Shown: positions 1 to 9,300 of the stretch, piece after piece
Layout: each line of letters opens with the position of its first letter
How positions within the stretch are numbered: position 1 is the first letter of the stretch
NCBI GenBank assembly: GCA_031372065.1
Contig: JANMKN010000003.1
Coordinates: 1 to 32,042, forward strand
Direction: 5' to 3'
Source of the DNA: Abditibacteriaceae bacterium
GTDB lineage: Bacteria; Armatimonadota; Abditibacteriia; Abditibacteriales; Abditibacteriaceae
Length of the DNA: 32,042 nt
Notes under the pieces: generated by a model
What the model was told of the DNA's origin: nothing
What the model saw: the letters and a program-made list of their open reading frames with translations, nothing else
The model's database searches: none
Program-made: the position numbers and the translations under genes

Positions 1-138
1 CTCCCCCAAACGCTGCGCTGGGGAGAGGGAATGAAAATCAAACGCTGCGTCCCTTCGCCAATGCGATGAGGGGACAAAGTGACAGCGTAGTTCCCTCTCC
101 CCAGCGCAGCGTTTGGGGGAGAGGGTTAGGGTGAGGGG
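1..138. repeat. REP-like palindromic repeat pair in inverted orientation (left copy truncated by the window edge)
   Basis: 1-31 CTCCCCCAAACGCTGCGCTGGGGAGAGGGAA is the exact reverse complement of 91-121. Each copy is itself a CTCCCC...GGGGAG hairpin, and the right copy continues GGGTTAGGGTGAGGGG, typical of this intergenic repeat class. Confidence 0.8.
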
Positions 139-237
139 TGCGAGTGACGAAGTCGCTCTTGGCAACGCCACCCATTAACTTAATGCCATTGGGCTAATGG
201 CCCACTTTCGCAATTCGGCTTTTCAAACCGATAGCGC

Positions 238-675
238 CTAACGGTTACTGACTGCTTCGCCAAAATAGGCGTCCAAATCTAACACTTCGTCGCCATCCAA
301 TTCGCGGCGCTGATAGCGGCCATATTTGCCTTCGACTTTATCCCACGGCTGCACCGCGAATTTCACGCTTTGTCCGGCTTTTAGGCTGGCTTGCGGCGTG
401 AGTTTATTGGCGCGCATTGTCCAAACGTAAACCAAAATGCGAGCGGGCAATTTGCCTTTGGAGGCTTTGACGCCGGTTAATTCAATAGCCGCGAGGCAGT
501 CTTTATAAGGCACCGTGCCGGGACGCGGCGTTTTGGCGATAGCTTTGATTTTTCCCTGCGCCATCAGTGGTTGCGCTACCGCTTTTTTTGGCGTGGTTTT
601 GGTCGGCGCGGCGATGGCAACAGAAAGCAATAAGGCATTCGCGGCAAGGGTAAGGCAAGGGATGAAATGTTTCAT
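238..675 (-). CDS. Secreted hypothetical protein resembling the accessory domain found with AlgX/AlgJ-like proteins
   Basis: Signal peptide (MKHFIPCLTLAANALLLSVAIA), RBS AAGGA, motifs PRPGTVPYKD and VYVWTMRAN; lies 14 bp downstream of the AlgX-like gene on the same strand. Confidence 0.7.
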   Translation of the reverse strand: MKHFIPCLTLAANALLLSVAIAAPTKTTPKKAVAQPLMAQGKIKAIAKTPRPGTVPYKDCLAAIELTGVKASKGKLPARILVYVWTMRANKLTPQASLKAGQSVKFAVQPWDKVEGKYGRYQRRELDGDEVLDLDAYFGEAVSNR

Positions 676-689
676 GAAAATTCCTTAAT

Positions 690-1796
690 TCAGCGTGTCA
701 GTGGCACTTTTTGCCAACCGAGGCTTTCGGTGAATTCGCGGGCGCTGAAGCACCAGATGACGAGTTTTTTCTTTGGCAAATACGACGCGTCGGCCCTGAT
801 GCGGCGCATGAAATCAGTGCGCGCGGGTGTCGCGCCGGAGCCGCGCACGGCGATTAGATCAACGGCAAAGCCCAGTTCCAAAGCCAATTGATCGGCTAAA
901 CCGGCGCCGCGTGTGTGCATATCGTCGCCATCATGAAAAACAAGGTCGTGACTATCGCCGAGCAGCAAAACCGGGCTGTCACGGTTGGTTTCGATGGGCT
1001 GTAAATTCGCGGTTGTTTTCGCTTTGTCCGAAGGCGTGCCGACAAAACGCAGGGGCAAAGTTTCTTTTGGCGTTTTGTCATCTGGCGAGCGCAAATCGCC
1101 GTTGATGGCGACGCGTTTCCACGCCAAGGCGAATTCCATTTTTGTTATGTTTTGCAGCCACGATTTTCCTTTGAGTTCGGAAGCGATGCGTCGCGCTGCT
1201 AAAACGCAAGCGCGGCCCGACCAATGCGTATCGGTCTTGCAATAAACGGCGTCTTCATCGGCGCGATGCGCGAAAAATTCGGGCGCTAAATCCAGCACAT
1301 TCACGCCGCTTTTTCGCAGCATTTCATAGAATTCTTGATGAGCGGCATCGAAACGCGGCAAACCGTTTTCCATGTTAATGCGCGCTGTGAGTTTGTCGGC
1401 GTAAACGATGCATTTGGGCGGCACGGGCACGAATAAAAGTTCAATGCCCGCTTTGTCGAGTTGCGCTTTGAAATCGAGAATCGCCGGAATCGGATCGGTG
1501 TGGTCGGGATTGTTGGCCTGACTGACATCAAGGGCGCGGTCGCCCCAGAATTTGCCGACGCCAACGTGCCGCAATTCCGGCCCCAAAAACAGCCAACCCT
1601 CGCGCCCTTTGACGGCAATCGAAAGCGCTTTGGCCGCCGCACCTGCTTTGGCGCGGCATTCTTCTCGAAAGGCTTGTGTGGCCTCGAACGAAGCCGTGGG
1701 AACAATGGGAATTTCTGGCGCAGTGGCGGGCGTTTCATTGGCGCTGACGTTGCGCAATAAAAGGAAGGGGAGGATGAAGAGGAAAAGACGCTGCAT
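690..1796 (-). CDS. AlgX/AlgJ-family SGNH-like polysaccharide O-acetyltransferase
   Basis: Signal peptide; G-x-x-GWLF, VPVPPK, KTDTHWS (D-x-H) and LLGDSH (GDS) motifs in the AlgJ/AlgX permuted order. Confidence 0.85.
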   Translation of the reverse strand: MQRLFLFILPFLLLRNVSANETPATAPEIPIVPTASFEATQAFREECRAKAGAAAKALSIAVKGREGWLFLGPELRHVGVGKFWGDRALDVSQANNPDHTDPIPAILDFKAQLDKAGIELLFVPVPPKCIVYADKLTARINMENGLPRFDAAHQEFYEMLRKSGVNVLDLAPEFFAHRADEDAVYCKTDTHWSGRACVLAARRIASELKGKSWLQNITKMEFALAWKRVAINGDLRSPDDKTPKETLPLRFVGTPSDKAKTTANLQPIETNRDSPVLLLGDSHDLVFHDGDDMHTRGAGLADQLALELGFAVDLIAVRGSGATPARTDFMRRIRADASYLPKKKLVIWCFSAREFTESLGWQKVPLTR

Positions 1797-1818
1797 AGCA
1801 ATAACTGGTTGGGGGTTC

Positions 1819-2811
1819 TTAACGTCGGCGACGCTTTTTTGCCGCGTTTTCTTCTGCTTCGATGCGCTTCAATTCGTTTAAGCGACGCTGGCGCATTTGC
1901 GCTTGCAACGCTTGTTGGCGCGCGGCGATTTCGACGGGCGTCACGCCGACGGGCTTGATTTTTTTCAGTTGTTCCCAGCGCTCATTACTCACGCGTTCGG
2001 CGCGGCCATCGGCAAATAAAACGCCGCGTGTGGTGTCGGCGGCGGGCGTCACTTCGTAGGCCATATAAACATCAGAGCGATTGGTGACATCGGGCAAACG
2101 CACGCCCGCAAGCGCCACGTTCAAACGAAAGGTTTCGCCGGTCGAAGGATGGTCCCACAGGCGATAATCATGCACAAAAGGATACATTTGTTGGCGCAGG
2201 GCCGGCGTCACTAACTGCGTCCATTTGGGCAAACGTTCCTGCCCGCGATTGTGTTTCCACTGCAAAATTCCCGCGCCCAACTGCTGCAAAGTGTTGACAA
2301 CAGCGACGTTGCGATCTGCTTCGTTTTCCATTTCGTCGTCGAAATTAAACGGGCGCAAATCGGTGATGTTGCCGACGTTTTTTAAATCTAACAGCGAAAG
2401 CAAAAGTTTGTCTTTGGGACGCAGTTTGCGCGGCGTTTGCAAGGCGCGCATATCGTGGCGCGCAATGGCTTCCATATCAATGCGATTTTCGAGGCCGTAA
2501 ACAATTAAATAAGTGCCGCTTTCCAGCTTTACGGTGTCGCCTTTGGTGAAATAAATCGAGTTGGCCGCCACGTTCATGCCATACATATTGCGAATCATCA
2601 TGCGCTGCTGCGCATCGGCAGTGGAGCCTTCCGATTGAAAGCGCGCGAAACTTTCATCCAAATCTTTGGCGCGCACCGAAAGCGGCACCGCTTTGCCGGA
2701 AATCAATTCTTTGAGGCTCAGTTGGCGCGCGGCGGCAGAATTTTGGCTGTGCGCCGGAAATATCAAGGCGGCGGGCAAAACAGCAACTAAGATGCTACGA
2801 AGCAATTTCAT
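1819..2811 (-). CDS. Secreted protein, paralog 1 of 3, with DUF1559/H-X9-DG-like C-terminal half and Arg-rich helical tail
   Basis: Sec signal peptide, RBS AAGGG; NTLQQLGAGILQW...ERLP, HPSTGE, GVLFADGRAE; clear similarity to the two neighbouring ORFs. Confidence 0.75.
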   Translation of the reverse strand: MKLLRSILVAVLPAALIFPAHSQNSAAARQLSLKELISGKAVPLSVRAKDLDESFARFQSEGSTADAQQRMMIRNMYGMNVAANSIYFTKGDTVKLESGTYLIVYGLENRIDMEAIARHDMRALQTPRKLRPKDKLLLSLLDLKNVGNITDLRPFNFDDEMENEADRNVAVVNTLQQLGAGILQWKHNRGQERLPKWTQLVTPALRQQMYPFVHDYRLWDHPSTGETFRLNVALAGVRLPDVTNRSDVYMAYEVTPAADTTRGVLFADGRAERVSNERWEQLKKIKPVGVTPVEIAARQQALQAQMRQRRLNELKRIEAEENAAKKRRRR

Positions 2812-2836
2812 TTTTCCCTTTCGAAATGTTGCTTAA

Positions 2837-2960
2837 GAATCAGTTTGAAAAGTCTTAGTCGAGGCGCAAAAGAGGCAATTTGTCATCCTTCGCAAGCTCA
2901 GGATGACATCTCTTCTGTTTTGCTCAATTCTCATACTTTTGAGACTTTTTAAACTGATTC
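2837..2960. mobile_element. 124-bp MITE (non-autonomous, IS5-like ends) with TAA target duplication
   Basis: Terminal inverted repeats GAATCAGTTTGAAAAGTCT / AGACTTTTTAAACTGATTC (18/19 match), TAA on both sides (2834-2836, 2961-2963), internal hairpin TGTCATCCT-N10-AGGATGACA (2881-2908), no coding capacity. Confidence 0.7.
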
Positions 2961-2973
2961 TAAGAGAGTGAAA

Positions 2974-3915
2974 TCAAGGAGACGGCGGGTTAACAACGAC
3001 ATTCATTGATGTAGTTCCGATTCGAAAACCTTGTGGTTGTGCAGCAGTTTTTATCGCGACTTTTAGCACCCGCTCCCAGCGCTCGGCATTGACGCGTTCG
3101 ACATGAAAATCGGCGAATAAAACGGCGCGTGAGCCATCGGCTGCCGGGGTGCGTTCATAAGCCAGATAAACCCACTGACGGTTGGTGATTTCATTCACAA
3201 CGCGCCCCGAAAGTGCCGGGTTGAGGCCAAAACTCTCATCGGTGGACGGATGTTTCCACAGCACGCCCGGCGCGTAAGGCGCCGTCCATTGCTCTAATTC
3301 GGTCGTGCCTGTGCTTGTCCAACGCGGCAAACGTTGCTCGTCTTCATTGTAAGTTCTTTGCTGCAAAGCCTGTCCGAGTCTTGTGAGCGTGCTGACGACA
3401 CCGCGATTGCGATCCGCTTCGCTTTCCATGTCGTTTTCGGGGTCGAAAGGCTGAAAATCGCTGAGGTTGCCGATAGTGCGCAAATCTAAAAGCGAAAGCA
3501 ACAATTTGCCTTTGGTGCGCAGCTTGGCCGGTTGAAAAGCGATAGGATTGAGTTCACCATCCGCATTATAAGGCGCCTGCGTTTTTAAACGGTCTTCGGT
3601 AGCATAAGCCACCAGATAAGTGCCGCTTTCCAATTGCAGCGTGTCGCCTTTGGTGTAATAAACGCGATTGGAAAACGCATTTGCCACGCCCATTTGAGCA
3701 CGCAGCAGAGCCGAAGACGCGTCGCTCGCATTATCGCCGCCCGCTTGAAAATGCGCGTAAGTTTCGTTTAAGTCTTTGGCCTGCAAAGAAAGCGGCACCG
3801 ATTTGCGGGCGATTAAATCGTGCAGCGTGGCAACGCTCGCCGAGGGTGCCGACTGGCTATACGCTGGCTGGACAATCGCCAGAGCCACGGTGAAAGCAAG
3901 AGACAGAAATTTCAT
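2974..3915 (-). CDS. Secreted protein, paralog 2 of 3, DUF1559/H-X9-DG-like C-terminal half
   Basis: Signal peptide; YYTKGDT, LLLSLLDL, STLTRLGQALQQRTYNEDEQRLP, HPST, AVLFADFHVE. Confidence 0.75.
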   Translation of the reverse strand: MKFLSLAFTVALAIVQPAYSQSAPSASVATLHDLIARKSVPLSLQAKDLNETYAHFQAGGDNASDASSALLRAQMGVANAFSNRVYYTKGDTLQLESGTYLVAYATEDRLKTQAPYNADGELNPIAFQPAKLRTKGKLLLSLLDLRTIGNLSDFQPFDPENDMESEADRNRGVVSTLTRLGQALQQRTYNEDEQRLPRWTSTGTTELEQWTAPYAPGVLWKHPSTDESFGLNPALSGRVVNEITNRQWVYLAYERTPAADGSRAVLFADFHVERVNAERWERVLKVAIKTAAQPQGFRIGTTSMNVVVNPPSP

Positions 3916-3948
3916 GAGACGATACCAAAAAGAAGCGTTTGCAGAATT

Positions 3949-4956
3949 CTAACGGCGACGCTGCGTGGCCGATTTCCTTGATGAACGGGCTTTGTCGGCG
4001 CGTTCGTCGGCTTCCATGCGCTCCAATGCGCTTTGGCGACGCTGGCGCATTTGCTGCGTTTGTCGCTCACGCGCGGCTTGGATGGCTTTTTCTCTGGCGG
4101 CGATTTCGGCGGGTGTCATGCCGACAACTTTTGTTTTTTGCATCCGGCCCCAGCGTTCGGCCTCTACGCGCTCGACATGACCATCCATAAATAAAACAGC
4201 GCGGGCGCCGTCGGCAGCGGCTGTCCATTCGTAAACCATATAAACCTGCGCGCGATTGCTAATATCCGGCACGCGCCGGTTGGCTAAAGCCGCGTTCAAA
4301 CCGAAGGCTTCGCCTGTCGAAGGATGTTCCCACAAACGCTTGTCATGCACGATGGGATAGCATTGGCGGCGCAGCGCATTTGTGACGCGCCCTGTCCATT
4401 GCGGCAACTTTTCCTGCCCGCGCGAGTGTTTCCACTGCAAAATGCCTTGCCCCAGTTGGCGCAGCGTTTGTTGCACGGCGTTGTTGCGATCCGCCGCCGT
4501 TTCCATGTCTTTTTCGGGGTCAAACGGACGAATATCGGTTAGGCTGCTACCATAAAAATTTTGTGTCGAAAGCAGCGACAGCAACAATTTGTCGGCGGGC
4601 CGCAGCTTCGTTAGAACTGTAGCCGCGCGCCCGTGATTCATCCAATTCGGGTCTAATTCCGATTCCGGGCGATAAGCGATTAAATATTCGGAGCCGCCAA
4701 AAGATACGCTTTGGCCTTTGGTGTAAAAAATCGAAAGGTCGCGGTTCGCGCCGCGCCCGCCCATCATCAAAACTTCCGTTGCCATGAAGCGAACGCGCCG
4801 GAAAGAACCATCTAAATCTTTCACGCGCAGCATTTGCGGAATGCTGTTGCCGCTGATGACTTCTTCCATCGTGGGCGATGGTTTATTCGTGGTTTGTGCG
4901 CTAAGTGGCGCAACGCAGCACAGCGCGGCCACAGCGAGACTCCAATGTTTTTTCAT
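3949..4956 (-). CDS. Secreted protein, paralog 3 of 3, DUF1559/H-X9-DG-like C-terminal half and Arg-rich tail
   Basis: Start moved to ATG at 4956 (MKKHWSLAVAALCC; RBS AAGGA upstream); FYTKGQS, LRQLGQGILQW, HPSTGE, AVLFMDGHVE. Confidence 0.75.
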   Translation of the reverse strand: MKKHWSLAVAALCCVAPLSAQTTNKPSPTMEEVISGNSIPQMLRVKDLDGSFRRVRFMATEVLMMGGRGANRDLSIFYTKGQSVSFGGSEYLIAYRPESELDPNWMNHGRAATVLTKLRPADKLLLSLLSTQNFYGSSLTDIRPFDPEKDMETAADRNNAVQQTLRQLGQGILQWKHSRGQEKLPQWTGRVTNALRRQCYPIVHDKRLWEHPSTGEAFGLNAALANRRVPDISNRAQVYMVYEWTAAADGARAVLFMDGHVERVEAERWGRMQKTKVVGMTPAEIAAREKAIQAARERQTQQMRQRRQSALERMEADERADKARSSRKSATQRRR

Positions 4957-5167
4957 TGCCAATGTTCCTTTGATTTTGTTAGGCGAAATTAGGGAGATTA
5001 TACAAATTCCGCAATGGGCACACACTGTTTCAAGTGCGCCAACTTACGGTTTTGAGTGCGGGCGCTTGCCAAAAAGTTCGCTTGTGCCCTGCGATATTGT
5101 TTTGCGACGCCTTTAAAGGCCATACTTGTCGAACTTTCACGCAAAATTTCACTGCACAGGAGAACTC

Positions 5168-6139
5168 ATGCCGCTGGTTGATATGTCGTTGGAAAAGCTG
5201 CACCACTATCAGGGCCGCAATCCGCGCCCAGACGATGTAGATTCGTTTTGGGACGACGCTTTGGCTGAAATGCACGCACTTGATCCGCAAGTTGAATTAA
5301 TCCCGCACGAAATTGATGCGCCCTTTGCCGAGTGTTTTCACCTCTACTTCACCGGCACCGGCGGTGCGCGTGTTCATGCCAAATATTTGCGCCCAAAAAA
5401 CGCGGGCGCGCCGCATCCGGCATTGTTGCAATTTCACGGTTATTCGGGCAGCAGCGGCGATTGGCACGACAAATTGGGCTGGGTCGGGCGCGGTTACAGC
5501 ATCGCCTCGCTCGATTGTCGCGGGCAGGGCGGATTATCAAACGATGCCGGTGGCACAAGCGGCAACACGCTGCGCGGCCATATTATTCGCGGCTTGCAGG
5601 ATGCGCTTGATGGCGACCCGCACAAATTGTATTTTCGCCATGTGTTTCTGGATACGGCGCTTTTAGCGCGCATCGTGGCGGGCTTCGACGAGGTAGATGA
5701 AAACCGCATCGGCGCCACGGGTGGCAGTCAGGGCGGCGCTCTTACATTGGCTTGTGCGGCCTTAGCGCCCGAAATTAAGCGCGCCGCGCCGGTTTATCCG
5801 TTTTTGTGCGATTATTTGCGCGTTTGGGAAATGGATTTGGACGTGTCGGCTTACGAAGAACTGCGCACTTGGTTTCGCCACTTCGACCCGCGCCACGAAA
5901 AGCACGACGAAGTGTTTCGCTGCCTTGGTTACATAGACAATCAACACCTCGCGCACCGCATTCGCGGGGAAATTCTCATGCCCGTTGGCATGATGGACAC
6001 CGTTTGCCCGCCCAGCACGCAATTCGCGGCCTTCAACAAAATTACTTCGCCCAAAAACGTTTTAATCTATCCCGACTTCGGTCACGAAGGTTTGCCCGGC
6101 TCCGGCGATGCCATCTGGAATTTTATGGGCGGCGTGTAA
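5168..6139 (+). CDS. Acetyl xylan esterase / cephalosporin-C deacetylase (CE7, AXE1 family)
   Basis: Start MPLVDMSLEKL after RBS AGGAG; FHGY, DCRGQ, GGSQGG nucleophile elbow, MDTVCPPSTQFA, FGHE catalytic His. Confidence 0.93.
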   Translation: MPLVDMSLEKLHHYQGRNPRPDDVDSFWDDALAEMHALDPQVELIPHEIDAPFAECFHLYFTGTGGARVHAKYLRPKNAGAPHPALLQFHGYSGSSGDWHDKLGWVGRGYSIASLDCRGQGGLSNDAGGTSGNTLRGHIIRGLQDALDGDPHKLYFRHVFLDTALLARIVAGFDEVDENRIGATGGSQGGALTLACAALAPEIKRAAPVYPFLCDYLRVWEMDLDVSAYEELRTWFRHFDPRHEKHDEVFRCLGYIDNQHLAHRIRGEILMPVGMMDTVCPPSTQFAAFNKITSPKNVLIYPDFGHEGLPGSGDAIWNFMGGV

Positions 6140-6218
6140 GTCGAAAGATGAAGAATGCAGTTATTGTTCACTCTTTTCTACACCCGCTAAAATAACGGGA
6201 GCGCTTCATGATAACTAA

Positions 6219-6254
6219 AGCAGACCCAACCCTGTTAGGAGATTTGAGTCTGCT
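6219..6254. terminator. Stem-loop downstream of the esterase gene, possible terminator
   Basis: AGCAGACCCAA...TTGAGTCTGCT (10/11 bp) but only a weak pyrimidine tail. Confidence 0.35.
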
Positions 6255-6270
6255 CTCATTCTCACAAATC

Positions 6271-6356
6271 AATCAAAATGGTTTTGCTAAAAACCATTTT
6301 GATTCTTGTTTTAAAACTTGTGAGGGCAAACTGTAGTTGCCTTACGGTGATATAAT
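6271..6356 (+). promoter_or_regulatory. Perfect 15-bp inverted repeat plus extended -10 promoter for the large surface-protein gene
   Basis: AATCAAAATGGTTTT-gcta-AAAACCATTTTGATT (6271-6304); TGaTATAAT at 6348-6356, 20 nt before the ATG; RBS GAGG. Confidence 0.6.
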
Positions 6357-6376
6357 TTCAATTCGAGGCTTTTATC

Positions 6377-9300
6377 ATGAAGAACTTAGATTTAAGAGTT
6401 CTGTTTTCGACGGTATTCGCGCTTATCATATTTCTCTCAGTCCATGCCGGGGCTGTGCCGAGTAGCCGCACGACATATGCAATTCGCGTTGATGGTTTTA
6501 TCAAGGAAAATAGCACAGGTGGGATGCTTGGGTTAGGTATTGCCGCTCCTGAACGAACACCTTTGTTAAACGGGACGATTACTAATTATCCCGGCGTGTT
6601 GGTTATTGCGCCAACGATTCAAGCAACGCCTAATCCCGATTGGACAAGCGGCCCTAATAGTGTCGAAGTCGGGCTTTATACAGGCAATTATCAACAGCCT
6701 TATCAGGGCGTAAATGGCGATTTGCATCTTTCGTCCAATCTGTGGCTTGGCTTGCAAGAAGGCGCGACACTGTCACCGGGCAGCGATGGAACTTATCAGG
6801 CGCCACAGCAAACACCCGCGTGGGATGTGGCGGTTGTAGATCAACCTTCTCCGCGTCAATTAAAGGTGCAATATCTTAGAGACGATTATGGTGTTTACAA
6901 TTACTTCTTTGTGCCGCCTAATGTTTTTACCAATTACTTGGGCGGCACCATTTATCAAAGGCGCGATCCCAAAAGCCTTTATAATGGCTGGTTAGAGATC
7001 AATTTTTCGTCTGATGAATCTCAGGTTTCCGGCACTATTTTAGTGACTTCAGGTGGCTTGCCCGGCATTGTCGAAGGCGTTTCCTATGGTGCGTATTATT
7101 ACGAAGCCCAATTTAGTGGCACCCGCACTTCTGTGCCGGTGGCGCCGCCAACGGGCAAGTCTTCCGTTTCTGGGAAATTGTTCAATGATATAAACAGCAA
7201 TGGTTATCAAGAATCGTATGAACCCGATCTGCCGGGTTGGACAGTGAAGCTAAAAGCCGTTCTTGGAAGTGACAATTTTACGACCACAACCGATGCGCGC
7301 GGAAATTATTACTTTGCCGATGTGCAAGGCGGCAACGATGAATTTTCCAGTTTCTATCGCATCACGCAGATACGTCCTGCCGGATGGACAAACACAACGC
7401 CTGATGTTGATTATCGAAACATATCCGTGGCGCCGGGAGCGGTTTGGACAGATGAAAACTTTGGAAATAAGCGTGTCGGCTCTAAGATAGCGGGCGGCGT
7501 TTTTCATGATGTGGCAGTGCGCGGGTTTCAGTTCGCGAGTGCAGGCCCCGGCCTCGAAAACGTGCCGGTTTTCCTCGATACCAACGATAACGGTTCGCTG
7601 GACAACGGCGAACCTCAGCAAAAGACAAATGCCCAAGGCTATTATGTCTTTGATGAATTACCGGCAGGTAACTACACCGTGCGCATGATTTTGCCCGGCA
7701 CCGATTGGATTTATATTTCAGCCGCCACCTGGCAAGCCACCTTGGGAACGGACACTATAACGGAGGGAGTGGACTTTGGTGTAGCCCATCTATCTTCGAT
7801 TAAAGGCATAGCTTTTGAGGACATTGATGCTGATGGTTTTCAAGATCAGGGCGAAATGCCGCAGGCTAACTGGCGCATTTATGTGGATGCCAACGACAAC
7901 ACGAAGTTAGATGCTGGTGAGCCAAACGCTTTAACCGATGCCGAGGGAAAGTATGTTTTAAATTTCCTGCGTCCCGGCGCTATCGTAGTGCGCGAAGTGT
8001 CGCAAAGCGGGTGGCAAACAAGCTCACCTTTCGAAGGCGCTTGGCGTGCAATTTTGCTCAGCGACGAAAAGGCTGAAGGCGTCAATTTTGGTAACTCGCG
8101 GCACGGCACTATTGCGGGAACTGTCTTTGAGGACGGCACTGGCGACGGTGTGCCGGACGGTTATAAAGATGCGCCGCTTTCCGGTTGGACGGTCTTTGAA
8201 GACGCCGACAATGACGGAGTTTTCGATAATACCAGCACGACGATAAATTTCTCTGTATCTCAGGGCGTTCCCGATAACGATGTCCTATTCGTGGATTTAC
8301 CTGTCAGTGGCTTAAGTGGACAGATTAATGATGTTGATATTAAATTGAATCTTGCGGTTCTCTCTCCTGATCACGATATTTATCTCATTGCTCCATCAGG
8401 GCGTCGTGTCAAATTGATAAGCGAGGAGGCGAACCTTGATAGCAATTCCTTGACGAATACGATCTTTGATGACCAAGCCAGCATCACACTCTCGGAGGGC
8501 ACCGATCCTTATACTGGAAATTTCCGTCCCGCTGAAGCATTGAGTAATTTCAATGCAGGAGACCCTAATGGCATATGGCGATTGCAAATTGTGGATAACA
8601 CCGACAGTTTTGGAGAAGCCACCCTGCAAAGTTGCTCTGTGATCTTGAAAACCGGCGAAGCGACGGCTGTTAGCGATGCCAACGGCAACTATAAGTTGCA
8701 GCGCATGGCGCCGGGCGCTCATGTAGTGCGCGAAGTGTTGCAATCGGGTTGGATAACAACAACGCCCGGTCTGAGCGCGACTGTTACAGTCGGCAACGGC
8801 GCTATTATTACGCAGAACTTTGCGAATGCCAGACCCGGCAAAGTTTCGGGCATCGTTTGGAATGACATTAACGGCGACCTGTATCAATTCGATGGAGAAC
8901 CGGGCCTGTCTAATTGGCGCGTGTATATTGATGCCGACAACGACGGCATTTTTGATGCTAATGAAAAGAGTGCGCTTACAAATTCACAAGGCGCCTATCA
9001 AATAAGCGGACTTAAGCCGGGCAACTACCTTGTGCGTCAAGTGTTGCAAGCCACTTGGCGGCAATCGTGGCCCAAATTTAATGATGGTCAGCAGGTGCAA
9101 ATGAGTAGCGGAGAAACCGTTGCATTAATAGATTTTGGGAATTCAAAGACAGGCGCGATTTCGGGCCACATCTTTAATGACATAGAAGGCAATGGCGCTC
9201 AAGACTTAACGGATACACCTCTTATCGGTTGGCCGGTTTATCTTGATAGTAACAACAACGGCCAGTTTGATACGACGCTGACTACAAAATCTTCCGCTGA

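Noticed and set aside
6321..6345. c-di-GMP-I riboswitch (GGCAAAC start)
   Set aside because: No GNRA-capped P2 or downstream GCAAAG/P3 elements; it overlaps the promoter region.
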